From the human T2T-CHM13v2.0 reference genome, Homo sapiens, in NCBI RefSeq assembly GCF_009914755.1, contig NC_060929.1: DNA of 64,000 nt; one strand, given 5' to 3'. Made by a program: the position numbers and the translations under genes. The notes under the pieces were generated by a model that saw only the letters and a program-made list of their open reading frames with translations, was not told the origin of the DNA and ran no database searches. Shown one piece after another: positions 13,615 to 25,879 of the stretch. Numbering within the stretch: position 1 is the first letter of the stretch; every line of letters starts with the position of its first letter.

Positions 13615-14149
13615 AGCTCCCAACTGGATTATATGATTTAAAGTGAATCACTTCTGTCAGAATGAGTGCTAGATATTCCTACTAGACATGTACTTCTCAG
13701 TTTGCTAAATAACATGCTTCTAGGAGGATATAGTAACTCTTCTTGCAAAAGCATTTCTTACAGAGCTTTGCAGGACTTTTGTTTTTTTTATTTTATGATT
13801 ATTACTCTTTACTATTTGGTATTGACTTCTCTTTCTCTTAAAGATTTAAATCTAATGGTGTCTGTGCACCATTACATTCAGGGAAGATAAGAGACATATA
13901 TTAAATCCCTGAAATATGCCATTCTTTTGTGTAGGCTTCTGTCATAACTGACTTACTCCATCATCAAAATAACATCTGAGGTAGATAATGGCCTGAGGTT
14001 ATGCCCTGTGTTATATCTGAGGACACTAAGGCTGAGAGAGATTTAAAAAGTTGTCTAAACTGATAAGCCATTTTGATTAAGATTAGCCACACTCAAAAGT
14101 GTAGACAACTTCCAAATCATCATGTTTTCTCCTGAGAACAAGGGACAAT

Positions 14150-14230
14150 TCACAACAAATACTTGAATGTGTCCTACAGGCCACTCATTGTACTGGCACT
14201 GTCCCTGCCTTTAAAGTGCTAATAGTCTCA
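14150..14230 (-). mobile_element. L2 3' fragment
   Basis: caacaaatacttgaatgtgtcctac..ggcactgtccctgcc..tagtct. Confidence 0.5.
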
Positions 14231-14334
14231 CGAGAACTAGAATGATGCATGGTACTTTCAAGCCACATTGGCTAAGTAAAACCCAATGGTATGACCAGAA
14301 CAACTGGTCTTAAAAAAAGGCTCTGGCAGCCTTT

Positions 14335-14565
14335 TAGCATAGAGGTTGGCTAACAGCACTGAGCACAGACCTTGAAGTCAAGATCTTCTGGCTTCACATC
14401 TCCAACAATTAACTTATTGCTTGACTTCATATAGTCTGTTTCCTCATCAGCAAAATGTAATAATAATGGAAATAATTATGTACTTTACAAACAGTTGTGT
14501 GAAGTAAGTGAGATACTACTTACTAAGTGCTCATGTGGTTTCTGGCACTTAATAGGCCTCCAGCA
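14335..14565 (+). mobile_element. MIR
   Basis: ctgtttcctcatcagcaaaatg..ataat..gttgtgtgaagtaagtgagata..aagtgct..tggcacttaatagg. Confidence 0.75.
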
Positions 14566-17139
14566 AAGTTTTGGAGGAGCTAAGAATGAGACTCCAGGAA
14601 TGGAATATCTCAAAGACAGGACTTGTGTGTGAGGGCCCTGGACTGGAAAGACACTAGGAGAGGGTTTTGCATGGGGATTCCTCTTCCATACCCTAAACAT
14701 AGTGCTAAAATTTTCAGAAAGGACTTGCTTGGGAACACTATGAATAAAACAGAATGTCCCCCCGCCCCCCACCCTTTTTTTTTTTAAACTGCTGACAACT
14801 GCTAAAATGCTTACAGACTTAGCCTGGATTTTCAAAGAGGATTAGATATCACTAACAAGATTGTCCAGGTGCCTAAAAATTTATGCGATGTTTTCTCTGA
14901 TGAGGGAGTGCTTTGTTGTGAGCTTGCAGAACAGCTGTGATCTCTGTTTATAGGGCTTACCATTATTTGAGTGTCTGTGCTCTGCCTCATGGGCTATAAA
15001 GTAAGCCAAGTCATCCTGTTTGCTCATGGTAAAATATTACAAATTAAGTCAATAAATGCACTTCTCCCAACTGAAAATCTGCACCCCTCTGGACATCACA
15101 GAGCTATCTGATACCTTGTCTTTCTGTACTCTGGTCTCTAGGTTCCTTGCAATCTGCAACTTGATTGAAAAATTCCCAGTTCTATATTCTTCTGTATGAA
15201 GAAGTAGTACTGCATCTGTAAGCCAGATCCTTGTTTCCTCCTGCTTACTTTATCTTTTCCCATATCGTTCTAGGAAGACATGTTTGCCTTCTCAGTCTGC
15301 GGAGAAAATTAGATAAGTATTATATGTTGCTTTTAATATCTATCCAGACAATTACATCAAAAACTTTTAAGTGCTTCTCTTCTGTTCCCTATTTGACTGC
15401 CTGCAGCATTTCTCAACTAAAAGCTCTCTTTCCAAACTTTGCTTTAATTGTTAATAGGCATCTGCTGAGAAGGCTTAACTTTGCTTTATGGCATGGTGTG
15501 GGAGATTTCGATGTGCCTCAGCTTGTTTGTGGCAGAACTTGGGGAATGGTGAGAAATTAGATAACAGTCTGTTGAGCCCTAAACATACATCAGTAAGAGA
15601 TCACTGCAGAAATAATAGCTGACATTTGAAAAGCATTTCATAATGTTATACTAACCAACCTTCCTGGGTTAAGAACTAGATTGAGCAGCACACAATCCCC
15701 ATGAAAATGTTCTCAATTTACTACTAGCTGAGAGCCCTGCTGCAGTTCTGTTATTAACTGCTCCACTATGGCAAAAGGATAGAGGAGAATGTTGAACAGG
15801 GCTTTTCTAATTAGTGTTTGTGGTGCTAGTCTGCTGGCTGACCTTGAAATTGGAATAAGGCAGGTCAGACATTAAAACTCAGAGAAAGAAATCAGAATTC
15901 TTTAACTCTCTTCTCTCTATACTATCTTTAACTCCACTTCTCGACTCGTCTACTCTACTTCTCTCATACTATCATAGACCTACAACTGGGCAGCCCTTCA
16001 TACTCTATGTTTATTTGTCTTATACTTTTACAAGGCTTAATAAAACTCCAGCTTACTAGCCAACCAACATGAGAGTTTTTCTGATTCTCCATAATGACTT
16101 CTAAATGTCAAATGAGTAAGATTCAGTTTATCCAGTTCCTTAGGCAAGATAACAAGCCCCCGATTTCTAATAATGTAGGAAGCTTGTTACTTTTTAACAA
16201 CTGGCCTTGAAGACCTGGGTGGTTCCCAAAACCCCTTAATTTGACTGCAAAGATGAGTCACTGAAAACTCTGTCATCAACCATACTATGGGGACAGTGCT
16301 AACAGAGATCCTTGAAATTCCCAGATAATCCCCAAACTACCATTTGGCTACCAGCTTTAGCCTCTTAACTTAAATCTTCACTAGAACTGCTAACAACATT
16401 ACACTGATAAAAGCTTCAAAAGAGCTAGCATATTTCTGAGAAGTGTTAACTTGGGGATGTATCAAGAATTGGGCCATAGAAAGGAGTTATAGAAGCAAAA
16501 ATTGAATATTCATTCTTGTATAACAAATGCATTGTAGAGTTTTGAGTACTTATTGCATCATTTAATTGTCAGTAGAATAGTTTGATTTAAGCTATATAAC
16601 AGTTTTATCATTTATTTGTAAGCCTTAACTAGGTAGAAATATCTTTTTATAGAATTTAAACAATATATTAGGAGCAGAAACTGACTTGCTGAGAAATTGC
16701 TGGGTCTTTCCAGAGGTCGTATGAATAGATTCTTAGACAAAACAGAAGTCTAATTCTAGAAAACTGTCTAGTTTTCAAATGTCTATTATAATCTATCTCT
16801 GAGTCTTAAGTGTTAAGGCCTACTGCTCTTCTCATTGTGTTAATGGGCTTTTGCTTGTGCGCCGCAGAGACTAATTTTCTTTCCCATATAGATATAAATA
16901 AGGACAATGGTACAAAAGAGAAAATGGTGAGGGAGGCCTTGGAGCTAGAGTTGGGAGCCTTGTAGGATTCCCTGGGTTCCTCAGAAAGCGCTCCCTAATG
17001 TGGAAAACCAAAGTCAGGTAAATGGAAGAGGAAATGTTAAAGGAGAATTACTTTCTGGTATTTATGCTACTTTCATAGACATCTTTTATAGCTCCTGCAA
17101 AGGCAAGAAGGAAATCATTATGCACTTTGTATAGTGACC

Positions 17140-17520
17140 CAAGCCCTGGCATGGAAATTAAAATACTTGCTATTAACTCTAACTCTGCCACTAAAGTGTG
17201 TGGCCTCAGGCATGCTATTTCTTTTCCTCCATCTCTTTATTTGTAAAGTGAGTAGTGTAAACCATGGGTGAAACACTCATTTTCTGCCCAAACATTTGAT
17301 GTTAGAAACCTTGTGATATAATGGAAATACCACACATTTAGGAATATAAGCAAATTTCTAGTTATATGTTGTGTAACACTGATTGAGTGAGCTCTTTTAG
17401 TTTCTTATCAGTAAAATAAATAGATTAACACACACTTTGCAGGGCAGCTGTGAAAATAAAAGATAACATATAATAAATACCAGGAAATGTGCCCAGAATG
17501 TAGAACAGCTTTACATTAAA
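17140..17520 (+). mobile_element. Two adjacent MIR/MIR3 relics
   Basis: ctctgccactaa.gtgtgtggcctcaggg..tttatttgtaaagtg; tcttttagtttcttatcagtaaaat..cagggcagctgtgaaaataaaagataa. Confidence 0.55.
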
Positions 17521-18035
17521 AAACAATGTTTATTCAATGATGCCATGACCTGGTCCTAAATGGCCCTGCATTGCAGGTTGAGTTGTAAGTCTGACTTCTG
17601 TCTCCATGGATTAAGCAGCATGGAGTCTGTGTTACTACCTGAGAGTAAAAGCGATTCAAAGCTCTTGGCTCTGTCTATGAATGAATGCAAAGGCAATTCT
17701 CTCCCAGGACCTCTTGGAAATGCTATGGGAGATTAGAGCCCCATTGCACAATCATGCCTTAACTCAGCCTCTATGGCCCTGGGACCTCTCTAACCCCTCT
17801 CTAACCCCTCTCAGCTATGTTGAAAGCTCTGCTGGTGAAGGAAAATGTAGTGAAGCATGGCAAGCTACTTTACTCACACCAAGAAATGCAAAGCCCTGAC
17901 AATGTAGAGGGGTTCCAGAATAAGACTTTGAATCCTTTTTCTGATATTCTCAAATACTTGTGTTGAGAATTGGGCAGGATGCTGAGGGGTGGGGAGTAGG
18001 CAAAAGATGGCGAAAGACATCCACTTCAGCGAACC

Positions 18036-18089
18036 TCTAATGTTTCCCATTCAGTTGGGAATCTAATGTTTCAGATTCAGTTGGGAATC
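18036..18089. repeat. 26-bp tandem duplication
   Basis: tctaatgtttcccattcagttgggaa followed by tctaatgtttcagattcagttgggaa. Confidence 0.9.
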
Positions 18090-20136
18090 TGTCAAAAAAC
18101 GGGCTACATCTTGGGGGAAAAAATCCATCTTTTAAAAGTTTCCAACAACAACAAACTTCTCTCATTTACAAGAAAATGCATCATTTGACACCTTGGAGAT
18201 TTTACCTGGAGGAAGATAATTTCTTGAAGCTTCTTGTGCCTGTGAGAGCCCAAAGCTATTTTGCAGCTGCAATATTGATAATGTATTCACATTCTCCCCA
18301 GAGCACTGGATTCTTTAACCTTAATATTGAGTCTGGAATGAGATTCTGTCCTCTAGAGGTCACCAATGCACCAGATTTGAAGGCCACGGAGGCTTCTAAA
18401 ATGCTCAGGAAGAGCTAGGTGTCCTGTTCACATATGAATGAAAGAGAAAATAAGGCAAGTAAATTATCCTAATGGTTATTTTCCAGCTAGTCTCTGAAGA
18501 AGTAGGAAATCTGGTTTTCAATAAGGCATTTTAAAATGGATTTATCTTGGTTTATCTTGGCTTTTCTCTGCACTGATCTAGCTGAAGGAAACTCCTATAG
18601 TGGTTAAATACTTCTTAACAGATAGTTTACTTTTGATAGTGAGAGAAGAAACTTTTCTAAATAGAAGAAAAACTGATGTAGAAATAGGCTATTATAGCCT
18701 CCATTAAATGAGGGTTACTTTCACTGGTGCTCTGGCCAAGGCAGAAGGTCTCTCTGTGCCTCCTCAGCACACTGTCTTCAAAGGGCATGGGGACACAGAA
18801 GCAGGGAAACATGGCCCTTTAATTCACAGTTATATAATTTTTGAGTTGCTTTATAAGGAGAGACGCCATCTAAAGTATTTATATCTCTGCAGACAAATTA
18901 GAAACTGCACATAAAGGGATCACTTTGAGAGTCAAAATATGCCTTTCCCTTGGGAGAACAATCAGTCAAGAGCCAAGAAAGTGGTAGTCTCCGTTTGGGA
19001 CTATTGGGACCTAAAGGAAAGTCTTAATCAGACTTTGCCTTTTTAGTTATCCTGATGCGTTAATCTTGTATGAAGCTAGTTGTCTCCCTTAAATAGAACT
19101 AGCCAGGAGAACAGCACTCCATGTCGGCAGCCGGACTGAACGAGGGGAGTATACACTGCGCTGCCCAGGGTTTGGGAGGTGCGGTGTCCTAGCCTGGTGC
19201 CCATGGACTGCACTGTTCAAGGCGTGACCTGAGAGTCACCACCAGCGGTTCCCAGCATTGTTCCTGCTGCTCTGGTTGCTCTCCAAGGAGAGGAATTCCT
19301 ACACCACGACTTTCCCAGGGTCCAGACACTTGCCAGCACCTGACCCATCAGGAAATCGCCTCTCCCCTCTTCCTTCCCCTATTCCTTCCCGAGCATTCCC
19401 CAGTCCAGGGTGTGGTCAGCCCTCAGAAGATCTGCTGGGATTGATTGACAAAAAAACAAAACCTTCCTCTAGATAAGAAAGATCACAGTGCTATAGGAAA
19501 TCTATTTACTTCTGGGTGGCACTTGTCTACCCTCTCTCTCATTCTCTCTAACACTTTTAACTGCTGACTGTGTAGTTTCTTATCATTTCTTCAAGATATG
19601 TGGGGCAGTCAATCTTCAATCAATGAGCATTGTTTGGGTAACTCTTTTTATGGCCAATTCACAAGGAAGTAAAACATTTTGTCCTAGAGAGTTAGTGGTG
19701 GTCTTTCTCAGGGTTATTCGACATTTTCTTTAGCACTAAGAAAGAACAGAGACAAATTTTTATTTCTGAGCTGTTTCCGTTAGCTGAGAGCCCCCTCTAA
19801 AAGCTGCTGGTACTACAGAGATGTGAGAGTTCAGCAAAGGATGGCACTCGTCATCTATTCTGGAGAATCCTGTAACGTGGATAATATGCTAGGTGGGTGG
19901 CAAAGTGTTGTGCAATGTGCTTTGCTAGGTTGAGAATCGTGTCCCTGACTTCTTGCCGATGTAGAGCTGACAGAAAGCTTTCTGGGGATTCAGTGATTTG
20001 ATCTTGGTTACCAGTTGAGTGACTGTAAGCAAGCCTCTCTTATGTCTTATTTCTCTTATTTGTAAAGTAAAAGGTTTGGACATCATTTTCTCTAAGGTCC
20101 ATTTTGAAGCCAGAACCCACTCTGAGAAATTAAGGC

Positions 20137-21113
20137 TGCTCAGTCAGGGCAGTTGCATCTTAGCAAGTGTGTTGGCCTCTTAAGACTGCCTTAACAGTGT
20201 ACCAAAACCCAAATGGCTTAAAACAACAGATAATTCATTTTCTTATAGTTCTAGAGGCTGGAAGTCTGAAATCGAGGTGCAAAGAGGGCCAAGGTCTCTC
20301 TGATAGCTCTAGGGAGAATCCTTCCTGGCTTCTTCTGCCTCTTGGTGTTTGCCAGCAATCCTGGCATCCCCTGGCCTGCAGATGCCTCACTCCAGTCCTA
20401 TTATCATCTTCTCCCTGTGTGTCTTCACACGGTCTTCCCTCTGTGCATGTCTGTCTCTGTGTCAAAATTTCCACTTTCTATAAAAACACAGTCACATTGG
20501 ATAGGACCTGCCATAATGACCTCATTTTAACATGATTACTTCTGTAAAGACCCTATTTCCAAATAAGGTCACATCTTGAGGTACTGGGGAGTAAGACTTC
20601 AGTGTATCTTTTTGAAGGGATATAGTTCAAACCATAACCGTAAGCACATAACAAATCCCTCTGTGCTGGATATCTTCTCTTTGACCTCTGGGTGCATTGT
20701 CCATGTTATTTTGTGCCCTGGCCTCTATAGATTATACCAAGGGATTCCCTTGTCCTCCAGCTTTCAGTTGGGTTTAGCAACGACAGACGATATGATGGAA
20801 GAGGAGAGTTGGATAGGGTGAGTGGTGGTATTTAGTCCCCTGCGGGGTTCTCTCTCTGTAATAGGAGATGTTACTACAGGCTGGCTCTTCCTTTAAAGAG
20901 ACTTTATCCACACAGATTTCTTTGCCTCTGGGACTCTTAGGGCTGCGTCAAACCTTTAGGCTAAAGGTCAACAATTATTTCCCTCCTCTGGCTTCACTGT
21001 GGTTTCCCTACAGTGGATCCATACTTTAAAAAATATATTATTTTTATTAAACTCTCTTTATATTATCCATTTTGAGTGGAACGTCTATTTTCTACAAGGA
21101 TTCTGACTCTACA
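20137..21113 (+). mobile_element. LTR33-like (ERVL) LTR, interrupted by MLT1C
   Basis: attcccttgtcctccagctttcagttgggtttagcaa, ggtatttagtcccc, ttattaaactctc..ccattttgagtgg..ctgactctaca. Confidence 0.7.
20168..20639 (-). mobile_element. MLT1C MaLR solo LTR
   Basis: tggcttaaaacaacaga..gaggctggaagtctgaaatcgaggtg..aaagaccctatttccaaataaggtcacat..gaggtactgggg; near TSD gcaag / gtaag. Confidence 0.9.
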
Positions 21114-21689
21114 TTCTCAATGACTGAATTGTTTTTCTAGAAGTTTAAGGTGTTAGTTTGGCCCAGAGAAGTCTTGGGAAGGATAAGTTGTCTTGCAATT
21201 TGGAGAACCCCTAGTCCAAGAAACATTCAAAAGTCCAGGTCTAGTGAGGCAGGTACACCAGGCTTGGTGATATACCTAGCCTGTATCTGGATGATGTAGG
21301 TAGGGACATTTGTAGGTTTATGACCACTCTGGAACAGCCCTTCCAGGGTAATTGCGCATCCCGGAGCCAGGCTGGCTTTCACTAAACCCACCTGGACTTT
21401 CTCTGTCTTGTCCCTGCCTCCCTGCAGGACTTCACTGCATTTTTTTCACCCAGTATCCAGATTTCTTTCAGTAATACAATGACTTTCTTTTAAAAATTGT
21501 TTCACATATAATAATTTCTAAGTCAGTTTTTTTAGGTCAACTTAGTCATTACTAATAAACATGCTAGGGAAAGAATATTGTGTCAGATATTCTATTGGAT
21601 ATTCCATTTGATGTTCTATTTTCCAAATGGAGAAAAGAGGCACATGTATGAAAGGGATTGATGACAATCTCTAGAATGACACATTCTTA

Positions 21690-21830
21690 GACTGCCCTGT
21701 GAAGCAGATATTACTATCCATTTTAACTAAATGAAGCAACTTGAGTTTCTGAGCAGTTCAATGAATTACTCTGCTTACTCAGCTAGTAAGTTTATAAGGG
21801 CTGGTTCTCAAATCCCCGTTTTCAAATTCC
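21690..21830 (-). mobile_element. MIR fragment
   Basis: ccctgtgaagcagatattactatccatttta..gcaacttgag..cagctagtaagt. Confidence 0.65.
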
Positions 21831-24800
21831 ATTACTTGCTTCTAAAAAGGTCTGTTTGTTTTTACTATGATGTTCATAAGCCTTTTAAGAAAAGAACATC
21901 TGTACTATATGATTTGGTACATGGCCTTTCCTCCCTCCCAGTGTCCAAGATAGCACTTTGCACATAGCCTAGCATTCTGAAGACTTCTTGCATGGAAGAG
22001 GCAGAGAAACGCACCTGAGAATGTTGCATAGCTGTTAAACTCCCTTTCTTAAACTCATTTCTCTGTCGGATTTCTACAGATCCTTAAAACATTATCTGTT
22101 ACACATTAAGTCAGTCTTTTTTTTTTTTTTAAATTGGCCTTTCTTCAATGAATTTCAATCTTCCCTATTCACCCTGGGTGCCCCGGTGGCTGTTGCTTTC
22201 ATTCTGGAACTTGGGTAAAATCTACACCCACATCGATTTGTTAACAATATCTGTTGAAAGCCTATTGTGCTTTGGCTTAGCTGATCGCTGCTGTAGCCAT
22301 GAAAATGGACACCTATATTTAAGGGTGAGAATTATACCACGGATATGAAATGTCTCTTAGAATGGACAAGGGAGAGGGACACATTACTAGAAAACAAAGA
22401 AAACACACTGAGTTGAATATTTGTGGCTTAAGTTGCTAGTTATACTTGGAGAATTCTGAGTTGGTTTGCATTAGAATTCTTATTGCCCTTTTTAAGGAGG
22501 AAACCCCCCCAAAAAAAACTCATTAAAAAGTAGAAAGGGTTTTTTGGATATCAAGTATCTCTTTCCACATCACATTTGGCTGACTCCAGTGTGAAGGGAC
22601 AAGAAATGCTTAAATGTTCTTTTCTTTAAAGCCCACTTGGGATTAAGTAAGAAATGGAAAACATCCTACAAAACCCATGTGAATTGTTTTGGAACTCAAA
22701 CATTTGGAGAGGCACTTATAAGAATTCTTTTATGTTTGAGAATGCCCGCGTTGGTTTCACTTTTACTCTGGACATTTTCTGTGTACCTTATTACAGTATC
22801 ATCACAGTTTTATTATTCTAGGCATAAAAGCAGCAGATTTTTTAAAAAGATATAAATAATATAAAGCAAAAGAAAAAATCTATAGAGAATAGGAATAATT
22901 GTGCCCCCCCTCTCAAAAAAATCCCTTATTTATGATTGACTTTCAGGGTAAGAGAGGTGGGGCAATATGAACTGGTATCCATGATAAGGCAAGGGTAGTA
23001 TGCCTAAAGCGTTGCACAGAAGGCAGATTTATCTGTATTTAGTCATTTCTCTTACTCTTGCCAGACTTGTTTTCCTGAATGTCACTTTCGTTGTGTTGCA
23101 TTCCTTCTTAAGCAATTAGCCTGGCTTCTCACTGTCCACTGAGTCAAGTTTGTGCTTCATTCCCTGGATTTCACAGCTGTGCAGAATAGTATCCAACTTG
23201 GTTTCCTGCTCTTTCATGAAGGACGAGGTCAGAAGAAAAGCCCAGAACTTCATAGGTGATGAGCAAGGTCATTCTGGGAATGGTCAGGCTCCTTTACTGG
23301 ATGAGTTCACAAAGGTGAAAAGAGGTGCTTGAAGACAGTTCCTGGGGGGTGCTAGGACCCCATACAGGTTATTGAGACAGGAATCAAGGTCCAGCTTCCT
23401 GATCTCAGTAAAAATGCGGGGACTTGACTACGAGACGTGGCCGAAACTCTCTTTAATGCTACAGCACAAAGGCCAGAGAGAGGCTAGTGTCAAATCTTTG
23501 TATGCAATCCTTGAAGGTACTGCACAAAGTCCCCTAATTATGAAACAGGAATAGTTTTAAAAGAGACATCCTGAAGCTGAAGGTGGAAATCACAGTGTTC
23601 CAGTGCTAGAAATCAGGAGGAGGGTAGACCCTTCTCTTGCCAAATGGCTTATATTTAGTCTGATCTATGTTCTTTGGGCTGTAGACTTGCCTGAGCATAT
23701 GTGGTAGATTGGAGGGAAGGGCCAGGAGGACCGCATTTATATAAAGGACCAATATGATATCTGGTGCACATGACTTTCTCTAGAAATAGGGTAGTAATTA
23801 TGAATACCATATGAGCTGTCACTCTAAATGTCATCAACTCAGTTTCCATGGATTTATGTCTGAGTCTTAGGTTCAGAGGAAGCTGCAAATAAAAACTGGA
23901 GGAGTTGTACCCTTGCAGAATAAAAATTAGCACTATTTTGGGACCAATGCATATAATAATACAATATTCAGAGGTTTTTCTAACTCCATTATCGACATAC
24001 CAAAGCTTTGCTGCATTGGGGGCTTTTAGAGGAAGCACTGTAGTTTCTTTTTTGTTTTAATTGATGCCTTTAGCACATCACAGATTTTATCCGAAAAAGA
24101 GACAAGTAAAGTCCACTTAATGTAATTGTAATAAGTAGAAAGATACATCATCACTGCATATTCTTCCATGACACTTATTTCATTTTTTTCCTTCTAACTT
24201 TAAAAATTGTGGGGAATGTACATTAGGTGATTTATAATATATTATGTAGATATAGTTATTTAATCCTTTTGAAGTATCATGTTTGAAAGAGAAATGTATT
24301 GTCTTCTAACAAACTACAATGGTTTGCTTATTACATAATTAATTCATGGTAACATGCCAACCTCATGCTATCAAATGCAAAACCCATAGATCTTGTCATC
24401 TTGGCAATTCTTTCGAGGCAATACAAGAGTCATCCTCTCCCTCCCCTTGTATGTTTGCAATGGGTGACAGGAATGGTTAGTATCACATTTAATTATATAA
24501 TTATGCACATTATGTAATTGGAAAACATTACTTTTTGTATGATTCCCTGTAAAAGATGGTTTCCCAAGATATAATTTGATTTTTTTCCACCTCAACTGAC
24601 TGGAATAGCAAGGTAAGATTATGAAAGAGTTCAAAGGATAGAATCAAAGACTTTGAGAAAATAAAAGCAATACAATTGACTGATGCTCTCAATCATCAGT
24701 TGTACTGATTCCAACAGCCTTTAGTTTGGGCTACCCTGCCATATATATGAGGTAACTCATATATAACCCAAGAGACAAAATAGAATAATCTGTTTCATGG

Positions 24801-25108
24801 AAATATTTTGCATCCAATACAGGATCCGAGAAATTAGGAACAGTCTGAAGTTCTCTTGGTCCTCTAAATAGTCAATTAATGATAGAGATGGAGCCCCAGG
24901 CTAACCTGAATTTAGTCAGTTAAATGGCATGAAGTTGTTTAGAAACTGGATCAACATTTATACGGGTCAAAAGTCCAGGGACCTTTATCTCAAGACTACT
25001 AAGAGAACAAAATCAGTATGATGAGAGGAAAAGAAAAAATGTTTAAATGTAAAATATTAGTGAAAGGTTTTGCATAATGAAGTGTTAGAGCTGAGAGGTT
25101 CTCTGAAA

Positions 25109-25198
25109 TAGACTAAACATCTGTTTTCTAGGACTGAACAGATTCCTGGGATTCAGGGCTTTCAGTGCTAAGAATATCTGTGACCAGTTGGCCACCTA
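25109..25198. mobile_element. MER81 (hAT-Blackjack) MITE relic
   Basis: ttcctgggattcagggctttcagtgctaa...agttggccaccta resembles the MER81 consensus. Confidence 0.65.
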
Positions 25199-25247
25199 TC
25201 GTTGAGCACATTCCACCCAACTTCTTCACGTTACATAGAAAAGTAAT

Positions 25248-25283
25248 AAGGTACGGTTAGGTGAAATTACCTAACCGTACCTT
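25248..25283. repeat. Perfect 15-bp inverted repeat with 6-nt loop
   Basis: aaggtacggttaggt-gaaatt-acctaaccgtacctt. Confidence 0.97.
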
Positions 25284-25290
25284 TTTAGTC

Positions 25291-25633
25291 TGTTTTAGTC
25301 TGTTTGTGCTGCTGTGATAAAATACCTCAAACTGGGTAATTTACAAAGATCAGAAATCAATCTTCTCACAGTTCTAAAGACTGGGAAGTCTAAGATACTA
25401 GAAGATTCAGTGTCTGGTAATGGCTTTTGCTTTCTTGCTGTGTCCTCACATGCAGAAGAAATGAAAGCGCCAGGAAGATCTCTAAGGACTCTTCTATAAG
25501 GGGTATTCATCCTAGCCATGAGGTTGGAGCACTCATGGCCTAATCAGCTCCTAAAAACCTTACGTCTTAATACTATCACACTGACAACTGAGTTTCAATG
25601 TATACATTTTGGGGGCACAATCAGACCATACCA
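25291..25633 (-). mobile_element. MSTD/MLT1A-like MaLR solo LTR
   Basis: tgttttagtctgtttgtgctgctgtgataaaatacctcaaactgggtaattta...tcttaatactatcaca..tcagaccatacca. Confidence 0.85.
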
Positions 25634-25879
25634 ACTGGCCAGTGGCAAAGTCAAGAATACATTCCCAATCTGGTGCTTGTCCCACCACACTTGGTTTAGA
25701 TGCCAGAAGATGGGGCTGAGGGCCTCTAACTAGGGAGGACTGATTACAATGGAATTAATAGTAATGAAAAATATGATTACAATAGCAATATAATAAACAA
25801 CAAATTTCTAGAATCCTGAAAAAAGTTACAACTTTAAGTCATTTCTCCCCCTAAATCATCATGTTTTTCAGTTTAAAAT

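Noticed and set aside
19108-19250. REST/RE1 or CTCF motif matches
   Set aside because: Best matches (cagcactccatg, cccatggactgcac, accgctggtggtga on the minus strand) have several core mismatches.
25248-25283. Hairpin as a pre-miRNA or terminator
   Set aside because: Too short (36 nt) for a pre-miRNA. Its resemblance to a bacterial intrinsic terminator (stem followed by a T run) is not meaningful in primate DNA.
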